From: Ginglymostoma cirratum
Taxonomy: Eukaryota
Length of the DNA stretch: 64,000 nt
Assembly (NCBI GenBank): GCA_024137785.1
Contig: JAHRHZ010000002.1
Coordinates: 15,633,978-15,697,977, forward strand
Reading direction: 5' to 3'
Part shown: in pieces, positions 1 through 12,500 of the stretch
Layout of the letters: each line of letters starts with the position of its first letter
How positions within the stretch are numbered: position 1 is the first letter of the stretch
The notes under the pieces: generated by a model
Seen by the model: only the letters and a program-made list of their open reading frames with translations
Told to the model about the DNA's origin: nothing
Databases searched by the model: none
Made by a program: the position numbers and the translations under genes

Positions 1-448
1 AAGTGAAAAGTGCACAGGACGGAAGCATTAAACGTGAAATTAATAGATGCAACAAATAAAGCGATGCACCTGCGACTTTCCTACAAGCTATCCATATGCC
101 AGCCCCTCACATGGCACACCTTCTCCTGATAATTCTAGCTCAGGGGTGGAATGGCTTATGACACTAACTATTGCTTCTTAATTCCTGCTTCCTGTTTCAA
201 AATGTTGTTTAAACCTGAGACTATCATATTCCACATAAAACTATGCAAGCATGAGTATGAGTTGATGTTTTTGAACCCAACAAAAGTGCACAAGGGAAAC
301 AGTACTGTTAGTCTCCACCCTTAATAATTAAAGGGCTAAAGACATTGAGCTGATGCTTATAGTCCCCAGGTGTTCAAACTCAAATTCAAGACAGGGCTTC
401 ATTGACAGCAATCGTTTCTAGATTTGCACCAGTTCTTCAATTCTGGGT

Positions 449-502
449 TTAAGTTAGCCCGACATCAGCAACTGTAGGTTTCAAGAATGGCTGGTTCAGC
501 TC
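449..502 (-). CDS. Gene A exon 10, last coding exon (ELNQPFLKPTVADVGLT*)
   Basis: Strong acceptor ttttttcattccttgtag|, phase 0, TAA at 451-449. Confidence 0.6.
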   Translation of the reverse strand, partial: ELNQPFLKPTVADVGLT

Positions 503-3500
503 CTACAAGGAATGAAAAAATGCGAATTGAGTTGTCTGTGACCAAAAAAAAAGTACTTGAGATAACAAGCTATAGGGCTGGATGAACACGGCAGGCTAAG
601 CAGCATCAGAGGAGCAGGAAAGCTGACGTTTCGGGTCTAGACCCTTCTTCAAAAAATTCATTCCCCGCCCCCCCCCAAAAAATACTCATGGATGTTATTT
701 GCATCTTATTGAAAAATATTCCCTCAATTGAATTATTTCCATTTTTAACACCAACAAGATTTAATGGTTTTTTCAATTTTTTTAAAAGACAGCTATCCTG
801 GTCTGGTATTATTAAGTATGTTTAAAATCCACCATGTAGCATTATAAGGCATTCTGTACAGCAATTTCAATCATTTTCTGGCTTCTTTGGCCCGGCGGCT
901 CAGGGTCGATTCCACCCTCAGGTGACTGTCTGTGTGGAGTTTGCACATTCTCTCTGAGTTTTTTCCCACATCCCAAAGATGTGTAGGCTAGGTGGATTAG
1001 CCATGGGAAATACAGGGCTATAGGAATAGGGTGGGTGGAGGGGTGCTTCTGGGTGGGATGCTCTTTGGAGGGTCGATGTGGACTCAGTAGTCTGAGTGAC
1101 CTACTTCCACACTGTAGGGATTCTAAAGTTCAATTTCATTCCAATAGATTATTTGTGCTGCAATTTCCAAATGATAAATTTCAACTTTCTGGAGTGTGAC
1201 ACTGATATTAATTCAACCTTGTACCGGAGAAGAGGACATTAGGTTTGTTTTACTCTACTACTCAACACAACATAGCACAGGATGAGTGACTCCGTCAATG
1301 TGTGTATCACTAGGACCATACACGTCCACTTGCAGAAAGCCCAGTGGTATGCTTTTTGCTGAGGAGATACTCGAACCTCTAAGACTGAAATCAAACAAAA
1401 TCTTCACTTCTATCTACAGCAACGTGTGAAAACTACAGGAACATTTATTTACATGAAGATTGAAAACAAAGGCTGCATTTCTAACCTGGATGTGATACTT
1501 AATTTTATGATTTTATCAAGTTCTCTTACAGCGTTACTTGTAGCTTGGTTTCCTGTGGCCTGCATCTTCCTGTTCCTGTCTGTTTATGGGGAACACACAA
1601 TGCATTATATTGCAGGAGAAATGACATTGGGCAAAGATTTTCAATAGATAGATGTTTGGAATATCATCTGGAACTTCTTTCCTGCATCAGATTTAACCAT
1701 ACAGCCCAATAAGGATTAATAGCTTGTATAAAAACCACCTTGCCCGTCGTATTATGAACCGACTTATTTTAATGGCTTTGCTGAAGTGGCAGACAAATCA
1801 ATTTCACAGAAACATTGGAACAGCAGTCGCTTGGTAGTACACAATTTGAGCACTGTTGGAAAAAAAGACACATTTCTTCGAAGCTCTTCATCTTTCACTC
1901 AACAGGACCATTTGTAAGAAATGGCAATTCAAAGGAAAATCTGCATTTATACCGCATGAGAGGAGAGTACTGACTGGCTCATGAATGGACTCCAATTTGT
2001 CGAGGCTTACTGTCATTCATCATTGATTGGTACATCCCATGGTAATGCCAAGTTTTGCTCAAACTGTGAACCAGGCTGGATAACTCCGTTTGGTCGCAGC
2101 ATTTCCCTGAGAAACAGATTAGTGGGTGGCTACCACCCATCTTGTCAAGTTTAAACAAGGGCAGTGCATGTCCATATTCTTTCTGGCTGCCAAGAGCAGG
2201 GCCCTGTGTATTAATCTATAGCTAGCCCCATAAATTGGTATTCTTGAGAACTGTCCTGATGGGGGGAAGATGAAAAGCATCAACAAAATGTGACTTTGTA
2301 CTCAAGAAATATCACACTCAAAGATCAGATTCGTTTCTAGTACCTCGGTCAGTCCAAGGTGGTCTGTCTGAACTCATTCCTTGTTAAAACTTTTTAACAG
2401 TTCAATACAACTGAGAGGCTTCCTTGGCCATTTAAGAGTCAACTGCTTGCTGTTTATTTGGAGTCACCTGTAGGCCAGACAACAGATTTCTATCTCTCAA
2501 GAACAGTTATGAATCAGGTGGATTTTTTTTCTAAACAATAATGGTCACCATTTGACTTTTTTTTAATTTCAGGCTATGTTTTTAATTCAAATTCCACAGT
2601 TTGTGGGGGCATTAGAGCCAATGTTAACCTGGGTCTCTGGATTCATAGTCCCAACGAAAATACAAGTACGCCAACAACTCCTTAACACATAAGGAACTCA
2701 AAAGAACCTGTACCGAACCATATAAATCCCTTAGCATACTTGGTGGGGTGAACGTAGACAGGAAATTTCCTCTTGTGGAAGAATATAGAGGTAGGGACCC
2801 CTGTTTAAAAATAAGGGTTTTCCTATTTAAGGCAGAGATGAGGTACCTTTTTTTTTTCTGTGGGGAGCTGTTTGTCTTTGGAATGGTCATCCTCAAAGGT
2901 GCTGAATGCAGAGCATTTGAATGTTTTATTTAAGGCAGAAATAGATGGATTCATGCTAAATGAGGAGTGGGAGTTAATTAGCAGTAGGTGGGCATTTTTT
3001 TTTCATTCACAGAATGGGAGCGTCACTGGCTGGGTAGCATTTATTGCCTATCCCAGAGCGCAGTTCAGAGTCAACCACATTGCTGTGGCTATGGAGTCAC
3101 ATGTAGGCCAAATCAGGTAAGGATGGCAGTTTCCTTCCCTAAAGGGCATTAGTGAGCCAGGTGGGGTTTTCCCTGACAATCAGCAATGGATTTATGATCA
3201 TCATTAACCATATTTATTGAATTCAAATTCCACCAGCTGCAATAACAGGATTCAAACCCAGGTCCCCAGAACATTACCCAGGTCTCTAGATTAACAGTCC
3301 AGCGATAATACCACTAGGCTATTGCCTCCCCTTACACTCAGATCAGTCCTAATCTTATTAAATGGCACAGCAGACTTGATGGGCAGAGTATCCTAATTCT
3401 GCTGTTCTTTCAAATGTTCATATGAACGTTGGCTCCAAATTGTCAATTCTTAGGGACATGTCAACAAACACTGCAGGAAGAGATACTGCAAACAGATGGT

Positions 3501-6500
3501 CTAGCAATCAGAAGAACTCAGCACAGCATTTTTTTTTTTAAGAAACAATTGTTGACAGCTGCAGCCGGTACTTTTTTTCTACGTTTCAAGGGTAGGAGAT
3601 TTAATGAACTTCCAACGCTGACAGTTCAACAGACCTCATCTGTGCTTTAAGAGAGTTTACATCTACTCCATTTCGCTTGTGAATTTCACCCTACAGGTCT
3701 GTGCCTGCACAACAGTCAAAATAGGGTCTGTATGAATGGGACACTCATGGTTCTTATGGAGATTGGTTTTCTGTCCCATGTAAATCACACTCAGACACCC
3801 CTCTGGCAAAAATGGTGTCTGTCAGAACTAGAAAGCTGTTCATCTGTATCAGCTGCAGTAGATTTCAAACAATCGGTAATTTCAGTCACATTACTTACAC
3901 ATGACGTAAAATATAAAGCATATCGGAAGTAAAGGTAACAGCACTTCCCCAGCGAGAATTAAACTTGATTGTCGATCGGCTGATGGCACACATCCTTTAC
4001 CTTTATTAGATATAATCATAGACAGGCATGAACTGCAATTATTAAAAGTACTTAAATTAGCTGAACCCTGATTAGAAGCAAAAACCAAAAGAACTGCGGA
4101 TGCTGTAAATCAGGAACAAAAACAAAATTGGTGGAAAAGCTCAGCAGGTCTGGCAGCATCTGTGGAGGAGAAAACAGAATTCTGAGTTCTGAGGAAAGGT
4201 CACCGGACCTGAAACGTTAACTCTGTTTTCTCCTCCACAGATGCTGCCAGACCTGCTGAGCTTTTCCACCAACTTTGTTTTTGTTCCCTATTAGAAGCAC
4301 TTTGCCATACCACCGCCACTAGGAATCCCTAATTCCCAACATAGTCCATTAGCCCATAAGAATAGGAGGAAGCCGTTCAGACCCAGAGCCTGCTCCGTCA
4401 TTCAAAAAGATCACTTCTGATCCCACATTCTTCACTTAGAAACAGGAAGGACCGCAGATGCAGGAAGCTAGAGTCAATAAGTGTGCTGCTGGAAAAGCAC
4501 AGCAGGTCAGCCAGCATCCAAGGATCAGGAAAGTCAATGTCAGTCCTGACGAAGGGGTTCGGTCTGAAACTTTGACTTTCCTGCTCCTCGGATGTCTCCT
4601 GATGTGCTGTGCTTTACCAGCTCCACATTTCTTAGCCCCACATTCCTCACATTCACTTTCTGGCTTTTTCTCCATTACCTTTCATTCCCATACTGATCAA
4701 GAATCTATCTATCTCAACCTGAAATATAGCCATACTTCTCTGTGGCAACTTTCTGAGAGAAGACAGTCTTCCTCATCTTAGGCTTAAATTGGTGTCCCGT
4801 AGTTCTGATACTAGCCCCTCTGGTCCTAGACTCTGCCATGAGGGGAAACATTTTCCCAGCATTTACCATGTCAAGCCCCTTAAGAATACCATATGTTTCA
4901 ATGAGATCAATTCCTTTAAATTCCAATGAGTAAATTCCCAACCTGTTTAACATTTGCTCATAAGACCATCCCTCTATACTGTGGATTGTTCTTGTGAACT
5001 TTCGACTGCTTGAATTATTCTCTCCAGTCCAGTTAGTAAAATAGGCATCACACTTATTACAATGAAGTGACTGGGCAGAGCGTCCCACCCAGACCCAATC
5101 CCCGACACTCCACCTAATCTACTCATCCCTAGGTACAAGTCCCACCTGCCCCAGTCATGAACAAGTTGACTAGAAAGTACCCGGACACGTAAGAAGAAGC
5201 TTTTTAAGTGTTAGTGGAAGAAGTTAAATAGAACAATTTGCCAATAAGATTTAGATGACGAGGAATGGATTGGAGACTCAACTAGATTGCAGGTTCTGAC
5301 AGTGGGATAGTTAGGCCAAAGTGATCTGTTTCTGCTCTGTAATTTCTGTTCTCACTGTGAAACTATACTCTCAGGGGTTTTTGAAGCATAGAATCTTTTA
5401 CCTGAAAGGATGCCTTTCAAGGGAAATGGCATAAATATTTGATGCAGACTGTGATACAGGGAAATAAGGAGAGAGCGAGAATGGGAATTAGATTTGGACA
5501 GAACTGACAGAATGGGCCAAATGGTCTCCTGCACTGTAAACTTTTCATGTTTGACCACTGTCGAACGAAAAGTTTGGTAAAATGACTGCATTATCAGACA
5601 GTATGTTACTTCTGGACTGAATGTATTGGCTACAGTTTTATCTTTGAACACTCACCAGCTCTTCTCACTGTAGCCACAATCAGCGAGCAAGACAGACAGA
5701 TCACAATGATTCCACCCAGAGGACTCTCAGAAACCATTTGGATCAGACGGTAAGCTGGCAACGAATCAAACAGAATCAAACAGTGCTCACCCATGACACG
5801 CACAGCACACATTCCGATCTGTCTGTCTGCCTTGCCTTGGGAGGTGCAGATATTCAGGGAAAGTACAAGGATGATTTTCCTGTTTGAAATAATGGGATCT
5901 CCTGCATTTAGCGCTAACAGAAAAATCAGACAGAACAAACTGCACCTCCCCATCAGTCTGCCAGGCATCCAATCATTTAAAATCAGCAGACAGATAAACA
6001 AGTGCCCTCAATATGGATGTGTGCACCCCTCTGTTCAGTTCTCTTTTCTCGGGAAACTCACTGTTTCTTTGGCCTCCTGCTGACCTATGCCTCCAATCCT
6101 GGGCTGTGAATACATTGCTACTATATTGAGCACAGGAAACCGTGATAACACCAGGCAGTGAAATTTGACAGCAGCCAGCTAACATCCCCAGACAGAGAAC
6201 CACAGGACGACCGAACTCATAACTCAAAGTAGGAGCAACAAATACCCAATCTGACATTCTAGCACATGGGATGGGCTATGTTCAACGGGAGATATTTAGA
6301 AACACTAAGGCACACATTTGTACACTTTATCTGTTTCTTGGGAATAAAGTCATCACCTTAGATACCAATTTCTGGGTACCTGGTTTTTGCACATAATCCA
6401 CAGCTGGTGGCATGGGCACTCTTCCTGTCGGTCCTTTTTGCATAGAATCCCTACAGCGTGGCAACAGGCCCTTCGGCCCAACAAGTCCACACCGACCCTC

Positions 6501-9500
6501 AGAGCATCCCATCCAGATCCATACCACTATAACCCACCTCATCTACACATCCCTGCGTACTATGGGCAATTTAGCACGGCCAATCCACCTAGCCTGCAGA
6601 CCTTTGGCCTGTGGGAGGAAACTGGAGCACTCGGAGGAAACCCACGCAGACACAGGCAGAATGTGACACAGACAGTCACCCGAGGGTGGAATCAAACCTG
6701 GGTCCCTGGCACTGTGAGGCAGCAGTGCTAACCACTGACCCACCTTGCTGCTCCATGGTTTTGGGCTACCCTGGTGAACTCCTGCAATCCGTGATGGATC
6801 AATCTAATTACACAAATATGAATCCAAAACAAGTTCAGGATGTTTCTGTAAATAATCATCATGGCTCAACTGGGAATAGTTTTTCAGTGTTCCACAATTT
6901 GTCTGAAAACCATACAAATACATAAAGATGCCCATGAGACACACAAACCCAATTTGCCTGACAGACAACTACCCTGGACAAAAGTAAGCCACACCAGGTT
7001 GCTTCAGTGAAAATTAAAATGTCTCTAATTATTGTATCACACTTAACTTCAACAGGAAGATTGAAAACAAAACATTTCCCTTTTTTGCAACTTAACTATG
7101 CAGCTTCAAGCCCTCTCCCAAATATACACAAACTTTCAAACATGATAAAGACAGACAGAAAACAAATAGTTAACACATAAACTATGGGTAGAAAAGAATA
7201 TGGAAGGGATAAACAACATTTCAAAGAACAAATTTGAGACCACAATGTGGAAAATCTTTTCTCCCTCAAATCCTTTTGATTATTACAATGGTGAAAAGCC
7301 ACTAACTGTCCTTTGATGGCCATCTCTCAATTCAATGGCTGAGCAGATGAACTTAGGTCTTTTCTTGTATGAAATTCTTTCTTTCAAATGTTCTGAGGTT
7401 TTCTGTCTTTTTCTCCAGATACGACGAAAGAGAGACAGAGAACATGACAGGATGCTGTCTCCGGGCTGGATATTCTCCACACACCCTATGGCACTTACAG
7501 CTTCTCAACATTCTGCAGCTCAACAAATCAGAAAGCTGTTTCCTGGCAGAATCACTTTAGCTCAAAAGATTCTTGTGCCATTCCGTCTCAAATGCCCACC
7601 TTTGATGTTTCCAAAAGCAACATTGTACGGCACAGCCCAAGAAGTTGCAACAGTTGTTTTGAGTTGTGAAACTCTTCTAGTTTTGAATGAAAGTGGTGCA
7701 ACTTCCGGTTCAGTTTCCAGTCAAATGAAAAACATGTGATCTTTTACGTAGTGCAAAAAAAAAACATGATGGGAGTATGTATAATGCAATGTCCTTCCAG
7801 TTATTTCAGTCAAAGGGATTTCCGAAGAAGCTGTCATGCTGTATCTCTCCGAGCTTCACACTATGGATGCCAGACACTGCCAACTCACACACTTGGGGGC
7901 TTCCTGAATTATCATCCACTTACCTCCCAATGTTTCCTGGAGGTCATGAGGTCTGAATCTGAGCCAATCCATTGAGCAGGCTGCCTCATTAATCTCTACA
8001 CTCCTTCCATGTCACTGAATCCTACTCTCACTAATTCCCCACACCACCACCTCTCCCCCCAACACCCCCACCCCTACTAAATGAGGGTTTTGCTGTGCCC
8101 TACAAATATGTAATTTGTAACTGAACTTACGTTTAACAATCCAGGTCTTGCTCAACATTTTTGTATCACAGACCTTCACACTCCAAGTTGAAGGTACTAC
8201 TCCTGCTAACAGGAGTACTAAAAGCATCAATATGATCACTGTGGTTTCAGTAGGCCCTATTTAGGGAAGAAAACGTGAACACAATTAAGTCAATTTGTAA
8301 ATTAGGGAATAATAACCATTTCTATTTAATCCTACTTTCAAAATAAGAATACGCAGCATGCAAATAACTGTCTGTGGGCGTTTTTACAACCCAGGCTAAT
8401 GCAGAGGTAAAATATTCAGATTGTCAAAAATATTTTGATATGGCTCATGATTACGGTCCCAATATGTGGAGTTGGGGAGTGAGTGGCAGCAGGGATAGCA
8501 TGTTGTTAAATTTCTGTGAAAGAAGAAGCAGAGTACAAGCTGATTGGAAAACGCAAATCTAAAATGGGCTGCAGCAGCAAAGGGAATACAGAGTCACCAA
8601 TCACTCACACTCATGGCTCTAAGTTAATAAGTGTTACATTTCCAGAGGAATTCAATTCAAAAACTGCGAGGTTATATCAAGCGTGTATTGAACTAAGGGT
8701 GAACCACATTTGGAATCATGATCACCTCAGGAACAATGACAGAATCACTGATGAGGGTGCAGAAGAAATTCACAAGAATTATAGCCATGATGTACTGGTT
8801 ATAATTATCAGGAAAGGCTGAGGTTTTTTGATAACTGCATTAACAATGTTTCCATTCATAGCGGGGACAAAATTGAAAGCCATAAATACAATATAATCAA
8901 CAAATTCTGTAGGAATTCAGGCGAATATTCTTTACCCAAAGAGAATTAAAAAATGAGGGGTATAGAGTCACTACAGTTAAATCATGTGAAGGAGGTTGTG
9001 ACCGGATAAGGTAAAAAGGGTTGAGACGAGGCTCACGTCGAGCATAAATGATAGAATGGATCAGCTGGGCCAAATGGTTATCTCTGGGCTGGAATCTAGA
9101 TGAATCGCTGAGTAAATTACTTACTCAGAGAAACTAATGGGGAATCTTTTGTGCTTTTATGGTTAGACAACATAGCGAAGTGATCTGTAATTATGCAGCA
9201 TGCCATCATTCCTGATTTCACACCACACAAATTCAACAGCTCCTAGAGGCAATAATGTACAGTACAGGTGCTATCAGCTACTGCTAACACACACTCAGAA
9301 GGGCACAGAAAGCCCGCATCTTACTGTTGATTGCCTAAGGTCACCCTGGTCATATGCAACGGGAGACTTACAGCACAAAGCAGGCCATTCAGTCCATTGT
9401 GCCCAGGCCAGTCAACAAAGATCTGATTACACTAATCACATTTTCCAACCCTTGGCCCATCGCTATGGAGGTTATGAACAATTTTTATTATAAGCTCACA

Positions 9501-12500
9501 AATTGGCATTTTTCATCGGATTTTATTTGATTTATTATTGTCACATGTACCTAGGTACAGTGAAAAGTTTTGTTTTGCGCGCAGTACAGATAGATCATAC
9601 CATGCAAAGTGCATCAGGGTAATAGAACAGAGAGAGGAATACAATGTTACGGCTGCAGAGAAGGTGAACAAACAGCAAGATCAACATTAAATTTAAAATT
9701 TGAGTGGTCCATTTGGAAGTCTTAATATCAGTGGGGAAGAAGCTGTTCTTGTGTGTTTACGCTTTTGCACCTTCTGCCCAACAGAAGAAGTTGCAACTGG
9801 ATTGGGAGGCGCAGTTTGAGAATATCTGATGATTCAGTTCCAGAGCAGTCTGTCACTTGGGGTAAATCTTGAATGAACTCTAATTAGGAGCAAAGAAACA
9901 GGACAGTATACTGTACCTTCGGTGGAGATCCAGCAACTAAATGAACCACTAAGGAGAAGAAACTGCAAGATTTGGAGTAGATTTTGAAGAAGCCGAAGAC
10001 CTGGAATTATTAGCAAATTCTAATCAACATTTCTTGAGCAAGGAATGTTCCCACAGTGAAATTAATATTCTATACAAAGAGCCACAAATTGAAATTTGTA
10101 AGAGTCACATTTAGATGATTCATAGCCTCTATTATTACATCGCAACATTTTTGTAAACATTCAATACTTTTGCTTACGTTCTGTTTTGACCTTAAGGAGG
10201 GATGCGATTATTTCACAAATCAATGCTGTTACTGCAGCAGCCAATGCGATGATGGATAATATCCTTGCACAGTCATGTAGCAGTCGAGCACCTGAAACAA
10301 AAAATTTATTTTCAGCTCATGCTACTTTGAAAACAATTTGCAAATTTCAAACAAGGTCTGCTATGCCTTAAAATTGTGCTTCTTTTGGATCTTGCATGTT
10401 ACAAATAGAACACCTCCCACCAAGCTTATTCTGTTTCAATGCGATGGACACACATTTAGAAATAGTGCTGAGGTCTTTCCATTCTATCTCAACGACATAC
10501 TTTGATTCAGTAATCTAGGACCGCATCAATTTCCTATATTGGGCAACCTGCCGCGTTCTGGAGGAGAATCTGAACTTAAACTGTGATCTTCTCCATTAAT
10601 GTTCTCAGTAGATGCCAAAGGTTTGCATCATGAGATTGCAGGCTTGATCTTTTTGTTTTGCCCCAGGTCATGAATGGGGAGCCTGGACATTTCCCAGCCC
10701 CACAAACCCGACCCGACCTGTTTAAAAGTGCCCCCAATGGTTGGATTTTCGTACTAAGATGTAGGTGAAAGCGGGAGCCGTCCCAGACAACGTGACAAAG
10801 AACTCAGAGGCTTCTGGGTGTGGAGGTGTAATGGCTGAAAGTCTGGCCCTGGTGCTCCAGTGCATTGTTTTTGAAGATGCGAAGATAAAAGATAAATGAA
10901 AGCTGACTTCATCCCCCACTCCCCATCACCATACCCCCACATTGCCAGTGTCCCACCCATGCCAACCAATGCCAGTTTGTGCCCTCAATCTACCCTCCAT
11001 GGCTCTTTATAACCCCTATGCCAAACAGTCATGCCAGTCCATGTCCATTCCTTATCCTCTTGGCTTAAATCTACCATAAAACCTCAATAAGTATCCAAGT
11101 AAATAAGTAAATACTATGGACATCCAGTCCCTACACACCTGTATTCCCCATGCTGATGGCCTAAAGGCCCTCCACTTCTTCCTTCCCGCAGAACTGACCA
11201 ATCCCCCTCCACCGACACCATCCGCTTAGCCAAACTCGTCCCCACCCTCAACAACTTCTCTTTCAATTCCTCCCACTTCCTACAGACAAAGGGGGTGGCC
11301 ATGGGTACCCGCATGGGCCCAAGCTATGCCTGCCTCTTTGTAGGTTACGTGGAACAATCCCTCTTCTGTACCTACACTGGCCCTAAACCCCACCTCTTCC
11401 TCCGTTACATTGATGATTGCATCGGCGCCGCCTCGTGCTCCCACGAGGAGCTCGAACAGTTCATCCACTTCACCAACACCTTCCACCCCAACCTGAAGTT
11501 CACCTGGACCATCTCCAACACTTCTCTCTCCTTCCTGGACCTCTCTGTCTCCATCTCTGGTAACCACCTAGAAACCGATGTCCATTTCAAGCCCACTGAC
11601 TCCCACAGCTACCTGGAATACACCTCCTCCCACCCACGTTCCTGCAAAAATGCCATCCCCTATTCCCAATTCCTTGGCCTCCGCCGCATCTGCTCCGAGG
11701 ATGAGACATTCCACTCCCGTACATCTCAAATGTCCTCATTCTTCAAGGACCGCAACTTCCCCCACACAGTGGTCGAGAACGCCCTCGACCGTGTCTCCCG
11801 TATTTCCCAGAACACATCCCTCATGCCCCGTCCCCACAATAATAACCAAAAAAGAATACCCCTCGTCCTCACGTACCAGCCCACCAACCTCTGGATCCAA
11901 TGCATCATCCTCCGACACTTCCGCCATCTGCAATCAGACCCCACCACCAAAGACATTTTTCCCTCCCCACCCTTATCTGCCTTCTGGAGGGACCACTCCC
12001 TCCGCGACTCCCTTGTCCGCTCCACACTCCCCTCCAGCCCCACCACACCCGGCACTTTTCCCTGCAACCGCAGGAAGTGCTACACCTGCCCCCACACCTC
12101 CTCTCTCACCCCAATCCCAGGCCCCAAGAAGACTTTCCACATCAGGCAGAGGTTCACCTGCACATCTGCCAATGTGGTATACTGCATCCGCTGTACCCGT
12201 TGTGGCTTCCTCTACATCGGCGAAACCAAGCGGAGGCTTGGGGACCGCTTTGCAGAACACCTGCGCTCAGTTCGCAACAAACAACTGCACCTCCCAGTNN
12301 NNNNNNNNNNNNNNNNNNNNNNNNNNNNNNNNNNNNNNNNNNNNNNNNNNNNNNNNNNNNNNNNNNNNNNNNNNNNNNNNNNNNNNNNNNNNNNNNNNTC
12401 CACATCAGGCAGATGTTCACCTGCACATCTGCCAATGTGGTATACTGCATCCGCTGTACCCGTTGTGGCTTCCTCTACATCGGCGAAACCAAGCGGAGGC

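Noticed and set aside
5790-6257. Additional minus-strand candidate exons (about 6250-6062 and 5900-5791) in gene A intron 6
   Set aside because: They have plausible donors, but the second would leave a 36-nt intron, and neither is needed for a coherent 5-TM protein. Minor use cannot be excluded.
7335-7739. Strong plus-strand acceptor near 7419 followed by an open frame
   Set aside because: No recognisable protein and no matching donor or partner exons; it lies antisense within gene A intron 6.
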